DNA of 64,000 nucleotides, from the NCBI RefSeq assembly GCF_009914755.1, contig NC_060925.1; one strand, given 5' to 3'. The notes under the pieces were generated by a model, which saw nothing but the letters and a program-made list of their open reading frames with translations, was not told the DNA's origin and searched no databases. Origin of the DNA: the human T2T-CHM13v2.0 reference genome, Homo sapiens. Shown here piece after piece: positions 61,007-64,000 of this stretch; position 1 is the stretch's first letter; each line of letters starts with the position of its first letter. The position numbers and the translations under genes were made by a program.

Positions 61007-62646
61007 TTTTTTTTTTTTTTTTTTTTTTGTGGCAAAGGATCACACGTAACAGAACTCTTTTTGTTTTAATCATTTTTAAGTGTGCAGTTCAATGATGTTA
61101 GTTACATGCACAATATTGTGTAACCATCACCACTATTTCCAAAATCCTTTTTTTTTTATTTTTTATTTTTTAAATTTTATTATTATTTTTTTTTTATTGA
61201 TCATTCTTGGGTGTTTCTTGCAGAGGGGGATTTGGCAGGGTCACAGGACAATAGTGGAGGGAAGGTCAGCAGATAAACAAGTGAACAAAGGTCTCTGGTT
61301 TTCCTAGGCAGAGGACCCTGCGGCCTTCCGCAGTGTTTGTGTCCCTGGGTACTTGAGATTAGGGAGTGGTGATGACTCTTAACGAGCATGCTGCCTTCAA
61401 GCATCTGTTTAACAAAGCACATCTTGCACCACCCTTAATCCATTTAACCCTGAGTGGACACAGTACATGTTTCAGAGAGCACAGGGTTGGGGGTAAGGTC
61501 ACAGATCAACAGGATCCCACGGGAGAAGAAGTTTTCTTAGTACAGAACAAAATGAAAAGTCTCCCATGTCTACTTCTTTCTACACAGACACGGCAACCAT
61601 CCGATTTCTCAATCTTTTCCCCACCTTTCCCGCCTTTCTATTCCACAAAGCCGCCATTGTCATCCTGGCCCGTTCTCAATGAGCTGTTGGGCACACCTCC
61701 CAGACGGGGTGGTGGCCGGGCAGAGGGGCTCCTCACTTCCCAGTAGGGGCGGCCGGGCAGAGGCGCCCCTCACCTCCCGGACGGGGCGGCTGGCCGGGCG
61801 GGGGGCTGACCCCCCCCACCTCCCTCCCGGACGGGGCGGCTGCCGGGCGGAGACGCTCCTCACTTCCCAGACAGGGTGGCTGCCGGGCGGAGGGGCTCCT
61901 CACTTCTCAGACAGGGCGGTTGCCAGGCAGAGGGTCTCCTCACTTCTCAGACGGGGCGGCCGGGGAGAGACGCTCCTCACATCCCGGACGGGGCGACAGG
62001 GCAGAGGCGCTCCCCACATCTCAGACGATGGGCGGCCGGGCAGAGACGCTCCTCACTTCCTAGATGGGATGGCGGCTGGGAAGAGGCGCTCCTCACTTCC
62101 TAGATGGGATGGCGGCTGGGCAGAGACGCTCCTCACTTTCCAGACTGGGCAGCCAGGCAGAGGGGCTCCTCACATCCCAGACGATGGGCAGCCAGGCAGA
62201 GACGCTCCTCACTTCCCAGACGGGGTGGCGGCCGGGCAGAGGCTGCAATCTCGGCACTTTGGGAGGCCAAGGCAGGCAGCTGGGAGGTGGAGGTTGTAGC
62301 GAGCCGAGATCACGCCACTGCACTCCAGCCTGGGCACCATTGAGCACTGAGTGAAGGAGACTCCGTCTGCAATCCCGGCACCTCGGGAGGCCGAGGCTGG
62401 CGGATCACTCGCGGTTAGGAGCTGGAGACCAGCCCGGCCAACACAGCGAAACCCCGTCTCCACCCAAAAAATACGAAAACCAGTCAGGTGTGGCGGCGCG
62501 CGCCTGCAATCGCAGGCACTAGGCAGGCTGAGGCAGGAGAATCAGGCAGGGAGGTTGCAGTGAGCCGAGATGGCAGCAGTACAGTCCAGCTTCGGCTCGG
62601 CATCAGAGGGAGACCGCGGAAAGAGGGGAGAGAGGAGAGGGGAGAG
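61007..62646 (-). mobile_element. Near full-length SVA (short hexamer remnant, Alu-like domain, short VNTR, SINE-R; 61148-62646) with ~120-bp 3' transduction (61029-61147)
   Basis: 13-bp TSD GGCTTTTGTCATT at 60994-61006 and 62647-62659; two T-tails (to 61028 and 61148-61197); ATTAAA at 61065-61070; CCCTCT-like repeats 62621-62648. Confidence 0.93.
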
Positions 62647-62803
62647 GGCTTTTGTCATTAATTTGGTTAGGTGGTTTCAGATATTTATATTTTGTTGTAG
62701 AGACAGAGAAGCATATTTTTTGAAATGTTTGTCCAAATTCCGAGTGCCAGCCAAACTTTCACACTCCTGTCTATTATTCTAGGGAGTACTACTCTAAAGA
62801 ATA

Positions 62804-64000
<1,197 letters not shown>

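Overview
Human (primate) genomic DNA, very Alu-rich. Positions 1-10 kb hold the complete coding region of the SR splicing factor SRSF10 (FUSIP1/TASR/SRp38) on the minus strand: 6 coding exons, 789 nt, 262 aa. The gene has a CpG-island promoter, a U12-type AT-AC intron 2 with a competing major donor and a GA-rich poison exon inside it, and a NAGNAG acceptor. The other ~54 kb is upstream intergenic sequence built mostly of retro- and DNA-transposon debris: many Alus including a young AluYb8, L1PB/L1M fragments, THE1/MST/MLT1/MER21/LTR15 LTRs, MER1A and Tigger elements, and an Alu-interrupted RPL36 processed pseudogene. Three minus-strand SVA retrotransposons each carry captured non-SVA sequence: a 3' transduction of ~575 bp, a MAST2 exon-1 5' capture (SVA_F1), and a 3' transduction of ~120 bp. 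The first SVA also has a dense cluster of sense-strand A>G changes with an ADAR-like neighbour bias, suggesting A-to-I RNA editing written into the genome by retrotransposition. A decayed copy of SRSF10 exon 6 lies in intron 3. Repeat subfamily names and the pseudogene symbol come from recall, not database searches. Almost all ORFs in the supplied track are repeat artefacts.
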